64,000 nucleotides of DNA from Holosporales bacterium (GCA_947449005.1 CANFPP010000007.1:3195-67194); one strand, 5' to 3'; shown: positions 47,379 through 58,866, counted from the stretch's first letter. Numbers and translations: made by a program. The notes: generated by a model from the letters alone, not told the origin.

Positions 47379-48617
47379 CTATTTTTCCTTTTTACGCGCA
47401 GCTTTACTTTCTGGCACGAGAACAGAAGCGCCATCTACTAACTTGTCACCTCCTTCAATAACAACAGATTTTCCGGCAATCACCCCCTCACCCATAACAG
47501 CTGTATCATTGCCTGCCTTTGCTCGAACTGTAATTGGCCTAATGCTAACAGTCTGATTGCTATTTAACATATAAACAAACGTGCCTTTAACCCCATATTG
47601 AATCGCTGACGTTGGCACCACAGCAGCCTTTTCCAACGTATCAACCAGCATACGTACATTAATAAATTGATTCGGAATTAGGCTATTATCATCATTTGAA
47701 AATCGAGACTTAAGCTTAATTGTACCTGTTGTTGAATCAATTTGATTATCAACAGTTAAAAGCTCTCCTGTTGCTAAAAGTTTATTCTGCCAACGATCAT
47801 AAGCCTCTACTTTTAGTGGATGTTTCATATCCAGCTTTTTCATAATTGGCTGCAAATTATCTTGAGGAATCGAAAAAACCACATTGATAGGATTTATCGC
47901 ATTGATTATCAACAAACCATTCGCATCCGTGGTTTGCACAAGATTTCCTGGATCAACTAAACGCAGCCCCACTCTCCCAGAAATTGGAGAGGTAACGTGG
48001 CAATGCGTCAGATTTAATCGAGCCATATCCACCAAACCTTGGTCGGACTTAACCGTACCTTCGTATTGTTTTACCAGCGCATCTTGCGTATCCAGTTTTT
48101 GTTTTGTAACAACACTATTTTTGACTAGTGCCTGATAACGCTTTAAATCAAGTTTTGCATTGGTAAGAAGTGCCTCATCCCGTGCTAACTGCCCCTCATA
48201 TTGCGTCAATTGCGCCTGATAGGCTCTTGAATCTATCTCGGCCAATAAATCCCCAATTTTGACAATTTGTCCTTCAGTAAAGGCAACACTCTGTAGTTGA
48301 CCATTAACCTGGGTTTTTATCGTTACGCTGTCAACTGAAACAACGGAACCGAGTGCATCCAGATACACAGGCATATTTGCTTCTTTGACGGGTGCCAAAA
48401 CAACTATTGGTAAATGTTTATTCTTGTGGTCTTTTTTGGAAGAACTATTGTAAGTACATTTTTGAATGACTCCTGCCACCACAAGCATCATAACTAAAAA
48501 AGCCATTAGCTTTAGGATCAAGCACCTATGTCTGTTCTTACAAAAAATAACGCTCAAAATTTGCGCTTTTGGAAAAACACCGCGAAGCCGATGCTGCATG
48601 TCTTTAAACGCAATCAT
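47379..48617 (-). CDS. mdtA: RND efflux membrane-fusion (periplasmic adaptor) protein, MdtA-like
   Basis: 412 aa with a lipoyl/hairpin/beta-barrel pattern (VTIKTQVNGQL, coiled-coil segment AQLTQYEGQLARDEALL, ITSPISGRVG). The start is uncertain because there are several in-frame Met codons. Confidence 0.88.
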   Translation of the reverse strand: MIAFKDMQHRLRGVFPKAQILSVIFCKNRHRCLILKLMAFLVMMLVVAGVIQKCTYNSSSKKDHKNKHLPIVVLAPVKEANMPVYLDALGSVVSVDSVTIKTQVNGQLQSVAFTEGQIVKIGDLLAEIDSRAYQAQLTQYEGQLARDEALLTNAKLDLKRYQALVKNSVVTKQKLDTQDALVKQYEGTVKSDQGLVDMARLNLTHCHVTSPISGRVGLRLVDPGNLVQTTDANGLLIINAINPINVVFSIPQDNLQPIMKKLDMKHPLKVEAYDRWQNKLLATGELLTVDNQIDSTTGTIKLKSRFSNDDNSLIPNQFINVRMLVDTLEKAAVVPTSAIQYGVKGTFVYMLNSNQTVSIRPITVRAKAGNDTAVMGEGVIAGKSVVIEGGDKLVDGASVLVPESKAARKKEK

Positions 48618-48659
48618 TTTAACTTTCTCTTAAATTTTATGCTCTTTCACATACTTAAG

Positions 48660-48678
48660 ATTAGTTAAAATTAGTTAA
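48660..48678 (-). promoter_or_regulatory. Tandem direct repeat ATTAGTTAA x2 (10-nt period) upstream of the mdtA-like gene
   Basis: The sequence attagttaaaattagttaa lies at 48660-48678, 43-61 nt upstream of the longest-ORF start (48617). Confidence 0.3.
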
Positions 48679-48750
48679 TATTTTATGTATCTTGTTTTAT
48701 ATGTTTTCTTTTGATTCTTTACTAAGATAAAGATAACAGCGTATCTTTCC

Positions 48751-50661
48751 TTATTCTGGAACCTTCGCCTCATCTTTCAACATCGCAAGCGCCTCAACAA
48801 GCGAAACCGTCTGCTGAGCTTCGCCGCCCAGTTTTCTAATAGCAACGGTTTTCTCATCAGATTCACGTTTACCAACCACCAAAATGTACGGGATTTTTTG
48901 CAAGGAATGCTCGCGCACCTTATAGCTGATTTTCTCGTTACGTGTATCAAGTTCAGCGCGAAGCCCATTTGCCCGCAGTTGCTCTACGATAGTATTCGCA
49001 TAGTCTTCAGCATCCGTAATAACGGTTGCCACAACAGCTTGAACCGGCGCCAGCCACAAAGGAAACTTACCTGCATAGTGCTCAATTAAAACACCGATAA
49101 ATCGCTCAAAGGATCCAAAAATCGCACGATGTATCATCACCGGACGATGTTTTTTACCGTCTTCACCAATATAACTCGCATCAAGACGTTCAGGGAGAAC
49201 AAAATCAACCTGCAGCGTTCCACACTGCCAATCACGTCCGATACTGTCGCGCAAAACAAACTCAAGCTTAGGGCCGTAAAACGCACCTTCGCCAGGGTTC
49301 AATGTGTAAGAAAGTTCTGCCGCGGTTGCCGCTTCAATCAGTGCCTTTTCAGCTTGATCCCAAACCTCATCAGCCCCTGCTCGCTTTTCAGGACGGTCAG
49401 AAAATTTAATACGAACATCAGTAAATCCAAAATCCTCATAAATATCTTTTAACAAATCACAAAATGCTTTTGTCTCTGTGATAATTTGCTCTGGTGTACA
49501 GAAAATATGAGCATCATCCTGCGTGAACGCACGCACTCGCATCAATCCGTGCAATGAACCTGATGGCTCGTTGCGATGACACGAGCCAAACTCAGCCATT
49601 CGCAATGGCAGATCTCTATAACTTTTAAGCCCTTGTTTGAAAATTTGCACATGACAAGGACAATTCATTGGCTTCACAGCGAGTGTACGATCCTCTGAAT
49701 CAACCGTAAACATACCTTCACGGAATTTTTCCCAGTGCCCAGAAGCTTCCCATAGGCTTCGATCAACTAGCTGCGGTGTTTTAACCTCAACATAGTCATT
49801 TTTTTCGAGACGATTTCGAATATAACTCTCTAGTTTTCGGTATATACTATATCCCTTGGAATGCCAAAAAACACTGCCTGGTGCTTCTTCTTGAATATGA
49901 AATAGGTCCAGCTCCGCCCCTAAACGTCGGTGGTCGCGCTTTTCCGCCTCTTCCAATTGGTGCAAATAATCTTTTAGCTGCTGTTCTGTTGACCAAGCTG
50001 TTCCATAAATTCTTTGCAGCATTGGATTGCGATGATCACCGCGCCAATAGGCTCCAGCAATTTTCATTAATTTAAAAGCAGTTCCTAAACGACCAGTTGA
50101 AGGTAAATGTGGTCCCCTACATAAATCGACAAAATTACCTTGGCGATACAAAGTAATTCCTTCATCGCCTGGAATACTTTCAATCAACTCTGCCTTAAAA
50201 TGTTCGCCCATTTCTTTAAACATTTTGATCGCATCTGGACGGCTCCACTCTTCACGTGTAATTTTTTCGTCACGTGCAACAATTTCTCGCATACGCTTTT
50301 CAATTGTAACAAGATCATCTGGAGTAAAAGATTTCTCACGATAAAAATCATAATAAAAGCCATTTTCAATAGCCGGCCCGATTGTTATTTGAGTCTCTGG
50401 ATAAAGTTCTTTAACCGCTTCCGCAATTACGTGGGCTGTATCGTGGCGAAGAATTTCTAAACCCTCTTCATCATTACGCATAATTAACTCAATCGAAGCT
50501 TGATCAGGAATAATGCAGGTTAAATCTTTTGACACACCATTTATGCGAATTGCGACCGCTTCCTTTGCTAGACGCGGCGAAATTGAAGCCGCAACATCTA
50601 ATCCTGTTACTGGCTGACCATATTCCCTAACACTACCGTCTTTTAAAATCACCGCTGGCAT
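48751..50661 (-). CDS. thrS: Threonyl-tRNA synthetase
   Basis: 636 aa with a TGS N-domain and class II motifs ([15 protein letters not shown] region, [40 protein letters not shown]). Confidence 0.97.
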   Translation of the reverse strand: MPAVILKDGSVREYGQPVTGLDVAASISPRLAKEAVAIRINGVSKDLTCIIPDQASIELIMRNDEEGLEILRHDTAHVIAEAVKELYPETQITIGPAIENGFYYDFYREKSFTPDDLVTIEKRMREIVARDEKITREEWSRPDAIKMFKEMGEHFKAELIESIPGDEGITLYRQGNFVDLCRGPHLPSTGRLGTAFKLMKIAGAYWRGDHRNPMLQRIYGTAWSTEQQLKDYLHQLEEAEKRDHRRLGAELDLFHIQEEAPGSVFWHSKGYSIYRKLESYIRNRLEKNDYVEVKTPQLVDRSLWEASGHWEKFREGMFTVDSEDRTLAVKPMNCPCHVQIFKQGLKSYRDLPLRMAEFGSCHRNEPSGSLHGLMRVRAFTQDDAHIFCTPEQIITETKAFCDLLKDIYEDFGFTDVRIKFSDRPEKRAGADEVWDQAEKALIEAATAAELSYTLNPGEGAFYGPKLEFVLRDSIGRDWQCGTLQVDFVLPERLDASYIGEDGKKHRPVMIHRAIFGSFERFIGVLIEHYAGKFPLWLAPVQAVVATVITDAEDYANTIVEQLRANGLRAELDTRNEKISYKVREHSLQKIPYILVVGKRESDEKTVAIRKLGGEAQQTVSLVEALAMLKDEAKVPE

Positions 50662-50781
50662 ACCGAAAAACTCCTAAACTACCAAAATTCTAAATCTTAC
50701 CTAAATCCTAGGTAGCATCTTTTTAGCGAGAACTCTATATTATATAATCGTTTAGTCGTTATTTAAAAAGAGGATTGCAAA

Positions 50782-51720
50782 TTGAGCCAAGAAATCAAAA
50801 CACGCGTTTTAATCATCGGTGGTGGACCTGCTGGGTATACAGCGGCTATTTATGCAGCCAGAGCTAATTTAAATCCTTTGCAAGTCCTTGGAATTCAGCC
50901 GGGTGGACAGTTAATGATTACAACGGACGTTGAAAATTATCCAGGATTTCAAGATGCTGTTCAGGGTCCTTGGCTCATGGAACAAATGCGCGGCCAAGCA
51001 GAGCATGTTGGAACTCAAACTGTTGAAGATACCATTGTCAAAGTTGATTTCAGCCAAGCTCCTTTTAAATGTTGGGGCGATAGCGGCACTCTTTATCTAG
51101 CAGATTCAGTTATTATTTGCACAGGTGCCCAGGCGCGTTGGCTCGGCCTTGAAAGTGAAGAAAAATTTCGCGGATTTGGTGTTTCAGCTTGCGCCACATG
51201 TGATGGCTTTTTCTTTAAAGGAAAAAATGTTGCAGTTGTTGGCGGCGGGAACACCGCAGTTGAAGAAGCTATCTTCTTAACCAACCACGCGAATCATGTC
51301 ACCCTTATCCATCGTCGTGATTCCCTACGAGCCGAGAAAATTGCCCAGGATCGTCTATTCAAAAATCCAAAAATCTCTGTTATTTGGGATACAGCTATTG
51401 AAGAAATTCAAGGTCAAGAAAACCCACCTGCCGTAACCTCACTCCGTCTTAAAAATCTAAAAACCAATCAAGAGTCTAACCTTGATGTTGATGGTGTTTT
51501 CATTGCAATTGGACACACTCCAATGAGTGAGCTTTTCAAAGATCAGCTGAAAATGGATGAAGAGGGTTATCTCTTAGCCGCACCTAATAGCACTGCAACG
51601 AATATTCCTGGAATTTTTGTGGCAGGTGACGTTCAAGATAAAATTTATCGTCAAGCCGTCACCGCCGCAGGACAAGGTTGCATGGCCGCCATTGAAGCTG
51701 AGAAGTTTTTAAATCATTGA
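50782..51720 (+). CDS. trxB: Thioredoxin-disulfide reductase
   Basis: 312 aa with a TTG start. Motifs: IIGGGPAGYTAA, redox-active CATCDG, GGGNTAVEEA. Confidence 0.96.
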   Translation: MSQEIKTRVLIIGGGPAGYTAAIYAARANLNPLQVLGIQPGGQLMITTDVENYPGFQDAVQGPWLMEQMRGQAEHVGTQTVEDTIVKVDFSQAPFKCWGDSGTLYLADSVIICTGAQARWLGLESEEKFRGFGVSACATCDGFFFKGKNVAVVGGGNTAVEEAIFLTNHANHVTLIHRRDSLRAEKIAQDRLFKNPKISVIWDTAIEEIQGQENPPAVTSLRLKNLKTNQESNLDVDGVFIAIGHTPMSELFKDQLKMDEEGYLLAAPNSTATNIPGIFVAGDVQDKIYRQAVTAAGQGCMAAIEAEKFLNH

Positions 51721-52733
51721 GCAACATCGCAATCTCACCTGATCAATTCTCAGCTATCATAGCACCATTTCCAGAGATGAAAACGATTGCAGTTGCAGTC
51801 TCTGGAGGAGCAGACAGCATGGCATTGTCACTCTTGATGCATGAATGGGCACAACCTTTAGGTAAAAAAATTATTGGGTTAACGGTTGATCACCAACTGC
51901 GTAGCAACTCCACTCAAGAGGCAACCCAAGTTAATGATTGGTTTAAACGTCAAGACATTGAGCATCACATCCTAACCTGGGAGACTCCCCCTCCTCTCCC
52001 CCTTAACGGACTACAAACAAAAGCACGCAAAGCCCGATATCACCTTTTAGACGAGTGGTGTAAAAATGCTAACGTTAATGCACTTATGACCGCTCACCAT
52101 GCACAAGACCAACTCGAAACTTTCTTGATGCGTCTTAGTAAGGGATCAGGATTAACAGGACTCTGCGGCATTCAACCTATCACAAAAACCAGTTGGGGAA
52201 ATCTCTGTAGACCTCTTTTAAAAGTATATCCCGAACAACTCAAAGAAACTTTGCTCAGGTTTAATCAACCTTTCATCCAAGATCCCAGCAATGAAAACCC
52301 TGATTTCACTAGAGTTCGTTGGCGTCAATTACTCCCTCTTTTGGGCTCAGAAGGATTAAATTCTAAAGCACTTCAATTAACAATTGAAAGATTGCAAAGT
52401 GCAGAAAATCTATTAGAAGAGCAAACCAACACAGCCTTAGCTAATTGCGTTTCATCACTCGATGATAAAAATGCGATTCTTGATTGGGTCTTTTTCTTAA
52501 AATTACCATCTGAAATTGGTAAAAGAATCTTATTAAAAATCACTGCCTTAATTGGAGATCAAAGTTATCCTTGCCGCTACAAAGTTATCACAGGGCTTTA
52601 CACTGCTTTGCTGAAAACAGATTTTAAAGGAGCAACAGCTGGAGGTTGCTGTTTTAAAAGAAAAAAACTAGGCCAGATTTTCGTAAAAAAAGATAAAAGA
52701 TCAAATCAACACCTTCATTCACAAAATATATAG
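51717..52733 (+). CDS. tilS: tRNA(Ile)-lysidine synthetase
   Basis: 338 aa with a TTG start overlapping the trxB stop. It has the PP-loop VAVSGGADSMAL. Confidence 0.88.
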   Translation: MSNIAISPDQFSAIIAPFPEMKTIAVAVSGGADSMALSLLMHEWAQPLGKKIIGLTVDHQLRSNSTQEATQVNDWFKRQDIEHHILTWETPPPLPLNGLQTKARKARYHLLDEWCKNANVNALMTAHHAQDQLETFLMRLSKGSGLTGLCGIQPITKTSWGNLCRPLLKVYPEQLKETLLRFNQPFIQDPSNENPDFTRVRWRQLLPLLGSEGLNSKALQLTIERLQSAENLLEEQTNTALANCVSSLDDKNAILDWVFFLKLPSEIGKRILLKITALIGDQSYPCRYKVITGLYTALLKTDFKGATAGGCCFKRKKLGQIFVKKDKRSNQHLHSQNI

Positions 52734-52806
52734 ATGATCAAAGCTTAACCTAATCGAATTAATGTGCTATACGTTATTCCAAATGAAGATATTGAGAGGT
52801 TGAATT

Positions 52807-54708
52807 TTGAACGCAACAACACGTAATTTAGTTTTATGGGCTATTATTGGAACACTCATATTTTCTGTGTTCCAGATGTTTCCTGGATCTTCAACTCGCC
52901 AGGTAAATCCTCCAATCGCTTTTTCAGATTTTATTGCTGACGTTAATGACAGCAAAATTGAAGAAGTTTTAATCCGAGGTAATAACATTTATGGAAAAAG
53001 CAAAGATGGCAGAACCTTCTCCACTTATGCGCCTAATCATGTAGATATTATTCAAAAATTAACAGACAAACACATCAAGATTCGAGCGATGCCCCCTGAA
53101 GAAGAATTCCCTTCTTTCTTCCATTTGTTTTTGTCTTGGTTACCACTTCTTTTGTTAATTGGACTCTCAATCTTCTCTCTTCGTCAAATGCAAGCGGGCG
53201 GAAACAAAGCCATGGGCTTTGGCAAGTCTCGTGCACGTCGCATGAATGAAAGCACAACCAAAGTTACTTTTGAAGATGTCGCTGGAATTGAAGAAGCTAA
53301 ACAAGAATTACAAGAAGTTGTTGATTTTCTAAAGGATCCATTAAAATTTCAACGCCTAGGCGGAAAAATCCCTCGGGGTGTTCTGCTCGTTGGCCCTCCA
53401 GGGACAGGTAAAACGTTGCTAGCAAAAGCGATTGCTGGTGAGGCAAATGTTCCATTTTTCAGTATATCTGGTTCTGACTTTGTTGAAATGTTTGTTGGTG
53501 TTGGCGCAAGTCGAGTCCGTGACATGTTTGAACAAGCAAAGAAAAATGCTCCTTGTATTGTTTTTATTGATGAAATTGATGCCGTTGGTAGACACCGTGG
53601 CGCTGGTCTTGGTGGCGGCAATGATGAACGCGAGCAAACCCTCAACCAACTTCTCGTTGAGATGGATGGGTTCGAAGAAAACCAAGGTGTTATTTTGGTT
53701 GCAGCAACCAATCGTCCAGATATTTTAGACCCTGCTCTTCTTCGTCCTGGTCGTTTTGATCGCCAAGTTGTGGTCCCAAATCCAGATGTGGCTGGACGCG
53801 AGAAAATCCTAAAAGTTCACATGAGAAAGCTACCATTGGCACCAAACGTTGACGCCAGAATTATTGCAAGAGGAACTCCTGGATTTTCAGGTGCAGACCT
53901 TGCTAACCTTGTAAATGAAGCAGCTTTATTAGCCGCTCGCAAAAGTAAGTTAGCTGTAAGTATGGCTGAATTTGAACAGGCAAAAGACAAAGTGTTGATG
54001 GGCGCTGAAAGACGTTCAATGGTTATGACTGAAGACGAAAAACGTCTAACAGCATACCATGAATCAGGTCATGCAATTATTGCTTATTATATGCCAGACT
54101 CTGACCCTATTCATAAAGCAACGATTATTCCAAGAGGACGTGCGCTTGGGATGGTTATGCGTTTACCTGAAGGAGATCGGGTTTCTCTATCTCGCAGTAA
54201 ACTTCTTGCCGACTTGAAAGTGGCAATGGGCGGACGCATTGCAGAAGAGATGATTTTTGGGTATGAAAAAGTCACAACCGGAGCTTCTTCCGATATTCGC
54301 ATGGCAACAGATATTGCAAAACGCATGATTACGGAATGGGGAATGAGTGACCGCCTTGGATTCCAAGCATACGGTAGCCCACAAGAAGAAGTCTTTTTGG
54401 GTTATTCCGTTAATCAGAATAAAGCTTTATCTGAAGCAACGGCTCAAATCGTTGATGAAGAAGTAAGACGTGTTTTGGATGAGTGTTACGTTGCCGCACA
54501 AAAGTTACTTCATGACAAGCTTGATATGTTGCATAAACTTGCTAAATGTTTGTTAGAACGTGAAACTCTTACAGGTGAAGACATTCGCATACTTCTAGAA
54601 GGTGGAGTTTTAAAAGCATTTGAACCAGACAGTTCAGATGATTCTGATGCGCCTCGCTCAACTGTTCCGACAACTCAACCCATTATACAAACGCCTCAAG
54701 AAATCTAA
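52807..54708 (+). CDS. ftsH: ATP-dependent zinc metalloprotease FtsH
   Basis: 633 aa. Motifs: Walker A GPPGTGKT, the second region of homology, and the zinc site HESGHA. Confidence 0.98.
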   Translation: MNATTRNLVLWAIIGTLIFSVFQMFPGSSTRQVNPPIAFSDFIADVNDSKIEEVLIRGNNIYGKSKDGRTFSTYAPNHVDIIQKLTDKHIKIRAMPPEEEFPSFFHLFLSWLPLLLLIGLSIFSLRQMQAGGNKAMGFGKSRARRMNESTTKVTFEDVAGIEEAKQELQEVVDFLKDPLKFQRLGGKIPRGVLLVGPPGTGKTLLAKAIAGEANVPFFSISGSDFVEMFVGVGASRVRDMFEQAKKNAPCIVFIDEIDAVGRHRGAGLGGGNDEREQTLNQLLVEMDGFEENQGVILVAATNRPDILDPALLRPGRFDRQVVVPNPDVAGREKILKVHMRKLPLAPNVDARIIARGTPGFSGADLANLVNEAALLAARKSKLAVSMAEFEQAKDKVLMGAERRSMVMTEDEKRLTAYHESGHAIIAYYMPDSDPIHKATIIPRGRALGMVMRLPEGDRVSLSRSKLLADLKVAMGGRIAEEMIFGYEKVTTGASSDIRMATDIAKRMITEWGMSDRLGFQAYGSPQEEVFLGYSVNQNKALSEATAQIVDEEVRRVLDECYVAAQKLLHDKLDMLHKLAKCLLERETLTGEDIRILLEGGVLKAFEPDSSDDSDAPRSTVPTTQPIIQTPQEI

Positions 54709-54709
54709 A

Positions 54710-56089
54710 ATGGGTATAAACAAGTTGTTCGGCACAGATGGCATCCGCGGCCAGGCTAACGTCTGGCCAATGACACCTGAAGTTATTTCGAAAGTTGCAA
54801 AAGCAGCTGCAAGTAGCTTCATGGCAAAAGCACCTGCCAATTTAATTCATGGTGATCATCGTTATACCGTTGTAATTGGAAAAGACACACGCCTCTCTGG
54901 CTATATGGTTGAATCATCTCTAATGGCCGGTTTCGTTGCAATGGGGCTGGATGTTATTTTGCTAGGCCCTCTTCCAACGCCTGCCGTTGCCATGTTAACG
55001 CGCTCTCTTCGAGCGAACCTTGGCGTTATGATTTCAGCTTCTCATAACCATTATTTAGATAATGGTATTAAGTTTTTTGGGCCTGACGGTTCTAAATTAT
55101 CAGATATTGATGAAGGTGAAATTGAAAAACTCTGCGCAGCAGAAAACTTTTCTTTAGCACCTGCAGCCTTTATTGGAAAAGCAAAACGTTTAGATGACGC
55201 AGCAGGTCGCTACATAGAATTCGCTAAAGCAACATTCCCGCGTGGCCTCAGGTTAGACGGGCTTAAAATTGTTGTAGATTGCGCGCATGGTGCTGCTTAT
55301 AAAGTTGCCCCAAAGATTTTATGGGAACTTGGTGCAGATGTAATTGCTATTGGGGCGAATCCTGATGGAAGTAACATCAATGAAAATTGCGGCGCAACTT
55401 CTCCTAAATCTCTTCAAGAATCTGTTATTTCTCACCGCGCTGACTTAGGAATTGCTCTCGATGGCGATGCCGATCGCCTTATTATGGTTGACGAAGCAGG
55501 AGCACTTCTAGACGGCGATCAATTAATGGCAACAATCGCAACGCTTTGGAGAGAGTCCAACTTATTGCGTGGCCAAGGAATTGTCGCAACACACATGTCA
55601 AATCTAGGTTTAGAACGATACCTTGAAACCAAAAACCTACACTTATTTAGGGCCGCAGTTGGCGACCGTTATGTCATCGAAGAGATGCGGAAAAATGGAT
55701 GCAATATTGGCGGTGAGCAATCCGGCCACATCATCTTAAGTGAGTATTGCACAACGGGTGACGGTCTCATCGCTGCCTTACAAATCTTGAGCATACTTGT
55801 CCAATCGAACAAACGCATGAGCGATATTGGCCATACGTTTGAAGCGGTACCACAGATTCTTCAAAGCATCTCCACAAAAAACTTTATTGATTTAGATCAA
55901 GATCGAATTCAAAAAGTCATTCAAGATGCTAGTGAAAAGCTTGAATCGAATGGAAGACTCCTCATTCGCAAATCAGGAACAGAACCTGTCATTCGCATCA
56001 TGGCCCAAGGTGACGACCAAGCCTTATTAAAAACCATCGTTCAAGATATCGTTGAAACAATCCAGATGGTTGATTCAAAAGCGGCTTAA
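54710..56089 (+). CDS. glmM: Phosphoglucosamine mutase
   Basis: Motifs: KLFGTDGIRGQAN, ISASHNHYLDNGIKF (phospho-Ser loop), GIALDGDADR. ATG 54710 was chosen; the longer ORF from 54620 overlaps ftsH. Confidence 0.95.
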   Translation: MGINKLFGTDGIRGQANVWPMTPEVISKVAKAAASSFMAKAPANLIHGDHRYTVVIGKDTRLSGYMVESSLMAGFVAMGLDVILLGPLPTPAVAMLTRSLRANLGVMISASHNHYLDNGIKFFGPDGSKLSDIDEGEIEKLCAAENFSLAPAAFIGKAKRLDDAAGRYIEFAKATFPRGLRLDGLKIVVDCAHGAAYKVAPKILWELGADVIAIGANPDGSNINENCGATSPKSLQESVISHRADLGIALDGDADRLIMVDEAGALLDGDQLMATIATLWRESNLLRGQGIVATHMSNLGLERYLETKNLHLFRAAVGDRYVIEEMRKNGCNIGGEQSGHIILSEYCTTGDGLIAALQILSILVQSNKRMSDIGHTFEAVPQILQSISTKNFIDLDQDRIQKVIQDASEKLESNGRLLIRKSGTEPVIRIMAQGDDQALLKTIVQDIVETIQMVDSKAA

Positions 56090-56160
56090 AATTCACTCGC
56101 AATCCGTTAAAGAGTCGTGATAAAATACCCTAAAAATACATAAATAATAAGAGAAAATTA

Positions 56161-57048
56161 ATGGGACATATAAACCCACGTGTTGATATTGCGTTTAAAA
56201 AAATCTTTGGTGTGGAAGAAAACAAAGATTTAACAATAGCGCTTATTAACTCCATCGTATCTGAAGCAGATCAGGTAACAGAGATCACACTTTTGAATCC
56301 CTACAATCCACGGAATTTTATGAATGACAAGCTTTCTATTCTTGATGTCAAAGCAAAAGGACAGAATGGCAAACGATTTAATATTGAGATTCAAATCAGT
56401 GACGAAGCTAATTATGATAAAAGAGCTCTTTATTACTGGGGAAAACTCTATACAGAACAATTAAAAAAATCTGAAGATTACTCCAAACTCTCAAAAGCAA
56501 TTGGAATTCATATCCTCAATTTTACTTCTATCCCTGAGTCAGATAAATATCATAATGTGTTTCACATTGCCGAAAAAGATACGGGCATTGTTTATTTTAA
56601 AGATTTAGAACTTCATACAATCGAATTAAAAAAATTCACACACCACGACAATGAAGAATTAGTAGATATCATTGCTAAGGTGAAAAATTCTCTTGATATG
56701 TGGGTTGCTTTTTTAACAAGGAATGAATTGTTCAATAAAGATGATCTCCCCAAAGAACTAGAGAATACGGATTTAAGAAAAGCCCTTACTGTGCTTGAAA
56801 TCATGAACTTTAGTGATGAAGAAAACGAAGCATATGAGGATCACCTTAAGTGGCTACGCATAGAAACTAATACTCTTAAAAATTATGAACAGAAAGGCTG
56901 GGATAAAGGCCTAAAGAAAGGACTGGAACAAGGCTTAGAGCAAGGATTAAAGCAAGTTGCGAAAAATCTTTTAAAAAATGGAATGAATATAAAAGACGTC
57001 GCTTGCAACACAGGCCTGCCTGAAGAACAAATTCAAAAACTAATTTGA
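56161..57048 (+). CDS. Rpn-family recombination-promoting nuclease / putative PD-(D/E)XK transposase
   Basis: 295 aa. Motifs: VDIAFKKIFG, ILDVKAKGQNGKRFNIEIQ (the D..E.K core), and the C-terminal KGLEQGLEQGLKQVAKNLLKNGMNIKDVACNTGL tail typical of this family. Confidence 0.78.
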   Translation: MGHINPRVDIAFKKIFGVEENKDLTIALINSIVSEADQVTEITLLNPYNPRNFMNDKLSILDVKAKGQNGKRFNIEIQISDEANYDKRALYYWGKLYTEQLKKSEDYSKLSKAIGIHILNFTSIPESDKYHNVFHIAEKDTGIVYFKDLELHTIELKKFTHHDNEELVDIIAKVKNSLDMWVAFLTRNELFNKDDLPKELENTDLRKALTVLEIMNFSDEENEAYEDHLKWLRIETNTLKNYEQKGWDKGLKKGLEQGLEQGLKQVAKNLLKNGMNIKDVACNTGLPEEQIQKLI

Positions 57049-57140
57049 AATCCTAACAAACATAACATTTTCCACTATGCGAAATAGATGCGCTGGTTTA
57101 TCTTTATAAGAAAATTAATGATTAAAGGAATTGTCTTAAT

Positions 57141-57980
57141 ATGCCGGCTAAAAACAATAATGTGCCCCATGTCATCGTTCTTGGAAATGAAAAAGGGGGG
57201 ACAGGAAAATCAACTGTTGCAATGCATATTATTACAAGCCTACTAAGACAAGGATATACAGTTGGTTCAATTGACGTTGACGCGAGGCAAGGAACACTAA
57301 CGCGCTATGTTGAAAATCGCCGATTGCGAAAAGAAAACAAAGGCGAGGATTTACCTCTTCCTCAACATGAAGCTATTTTTCGAAGCGCTCTTCAAGATAC
57401 GGTTGAGGCTGAAACTGAAGATCGCATCAAATTAGAATCAACGATATCTAGCTTTCAAAGCTGTGACTATATAATCATTGATACTCCAGGAAGCGATAAT
57501 TACTTATCACGCCTTGCACACTCTTATGCAAACACTCTCATCACACCTCTCAATGACAGCTTTATTGACTTAGATATGCTTGTCCGCCTTAACCCCGATT
57601 CACTTAATATATTAAAACCAAGTACATATGCAGAAATGGTTTGGGATCAAAAAAAGCAACGCGCTATTCGCAATGGTGGCTCAATTGATTGGATTGTTTT
57701 GCGAAATCGCTTAAGCAGCATTTATTCCAGAAACAAAGAAGAAATGGAAAAGGTTCTCTCAGCCTTATCTAAAAGAATCGGTTTTAGGCTTGTTGCAGGG
57801 TTTGGTGAGCGCGTTATCTTTAGAGAACTTTTTTTAAGTGGGCTAACTCTTCTTGATATGCGCGAGAGCAATACTCCCTTAAGCCTGTCCCACGTGGCTG
57901 CAAAACAAGAGCTTGCCAACTTAATGGACTTAATTCAATTGCCTGCAAACTCTTCTAGTAAACAGAGTGCAACAAATTAA
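57141..57980 (+). CDS. mipZ: MipZ-like ParA/MinD-family ATPase (division-plane positioning)
   Basis: 279 aa. VIVLGNEKGGTGKSTVAMHI carries the deviant Walker A. IDVDARQGTLTRYVENRR parallels Caulobacter MipZ as I recall it. Confidence 0.78.
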   Translation: MPAKNNNVPHVIVLGNEKGGTGKSTVAMHIITSLLRQGYTVGSIDVDARQGTLTRYVENRRLRKENKGEDLPLPQHEAIFRSALQDTVEAETEDRIKLESTISSFQSCDYIIIDTPGSDNYLSRLAHSYANTLITPLNDSFIDLDMLVRLNPDSLNILKPSTYAEMVWDQKKQRAIRNGGSIDWIVLRNRLSSIYSRNKEEMEKVLSALSKRIGFRLVAGFGERVIFRELFLSGLTLLDMRESNTPLSLSHVAAKQELANLMDLIQLPANSSSKQSATN

Positions 57981-57981
57981 A

Positions 57982-58866
57982 ATGAATAATACACAAGGCG
58001 TTAAAACTGCAGTTTTCCCTGTTGCTGGCCTTGGAAGTAGATTCTTACCAGCAACAAAAGCAATTCCAAAAGAAATGTTAATCGTTGTCGACAAACCTCT
58101 CATTCAATATGCAGTTGAGGAAGCTCGTGACGCTGGAATTGAACGATTTATTTTTATAACCTCTCAAGGAAAAGCTTCCATAGAAGATCACTTTGACAGC
58201 TCTCCAAATCTTGAAAAAATCTTACATGATCGCAATAAGATTGCTGATCTCAAACGTTTAAAAGCCCTAGAACTCGATCATGGGCAAGCTATCTTTATTA
58301 GACAACATGCACCCTTAGGATTAGGGCATGCAGTGTGGTGCGCTCGCCATTTGGTCGGCACGGAACCATTTGCTTTAATTTTAGCAGATGATTTAATTTT
58401 AGCAGAAAAGCCCTGCCTCAAACAAATGATTGATAACTACACTGAGAGTGACACTAATATGGTCGCTGTAATGGAAGTTGAGAGAGAAAATGTCAACCGT
58501 TACGGCATCTTAGACATCGCTTCAGATGCTACTGGAATAAAAATTAAAGCAAAAGGTGTTGTTGAAAAACCTTCAATTGAAGAGGCTCCCTCCACAACTG
58601 CAATCATCGGCCGCTATATTTTGAACTCTCAAATATTCGAACACATAGGTCAACAAAAACCAGGAATCAACGGTGAAATACAACTCACAGATGCAATACA
58701 ATCTATGATGAAAGATCATCCTCTTTATGGTTTCCGTTATGATGGCCAAAGATTTGACTGCGGCACAAAAGAAGGATGGCTTGAAGCAAACTTTGCTTTT
58801 GCGTACGCAGAACCAGATTTACGCGAACAAATGATTCGCACTCTAAGTAAATATCATCCTTCATAA
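57982..58866 (+). CDS. galU: UTP-glucose-1-phosphate uridylyltransferase
   Basis: Motifs: AVFPVAGLGSRFLPATKAIPKEML and LGLGHAV. ATG 57982 lies just after the mipZ stop. Confidence 0.94.
   Translation: MNNTQGVKTAVFPVAGLGSRFLPATKAIPKEMLIVVDKPLIQYAVEEARDAGIERFIFITSQGKASIEDHFDSSPNLEKILHDRNKIADLKRLKALELDHGQAIFIRQHAPLGLGHAVWCARHLVGTEPFALILADDLILAEKPCLKQMIDNYTESDTNMVAVMEVERENVNRYGILDIASDATGIKIKAKGVVEKPSIEEAPSTTAIIGRYILNSQIFEHIGQQKPGINGEIQLTDAIQSMMKDHPLYGFRYDGQRFDCGTKEGWLEANFAFAYAEPDLREQMIRTLSKYHPS

Noticed and set aside
54620-54709. Longer glmM ORF start overlapping the ftsH 3' end. Similar long-ORF extensions occur for kdpB (32784), galU (57967), the second transporter (17711) and kdpC (34921).
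   Set aside because: In each case, homology to the known protein N-terminus begins at an internal ATG placed at or just after the upstream stop codon.
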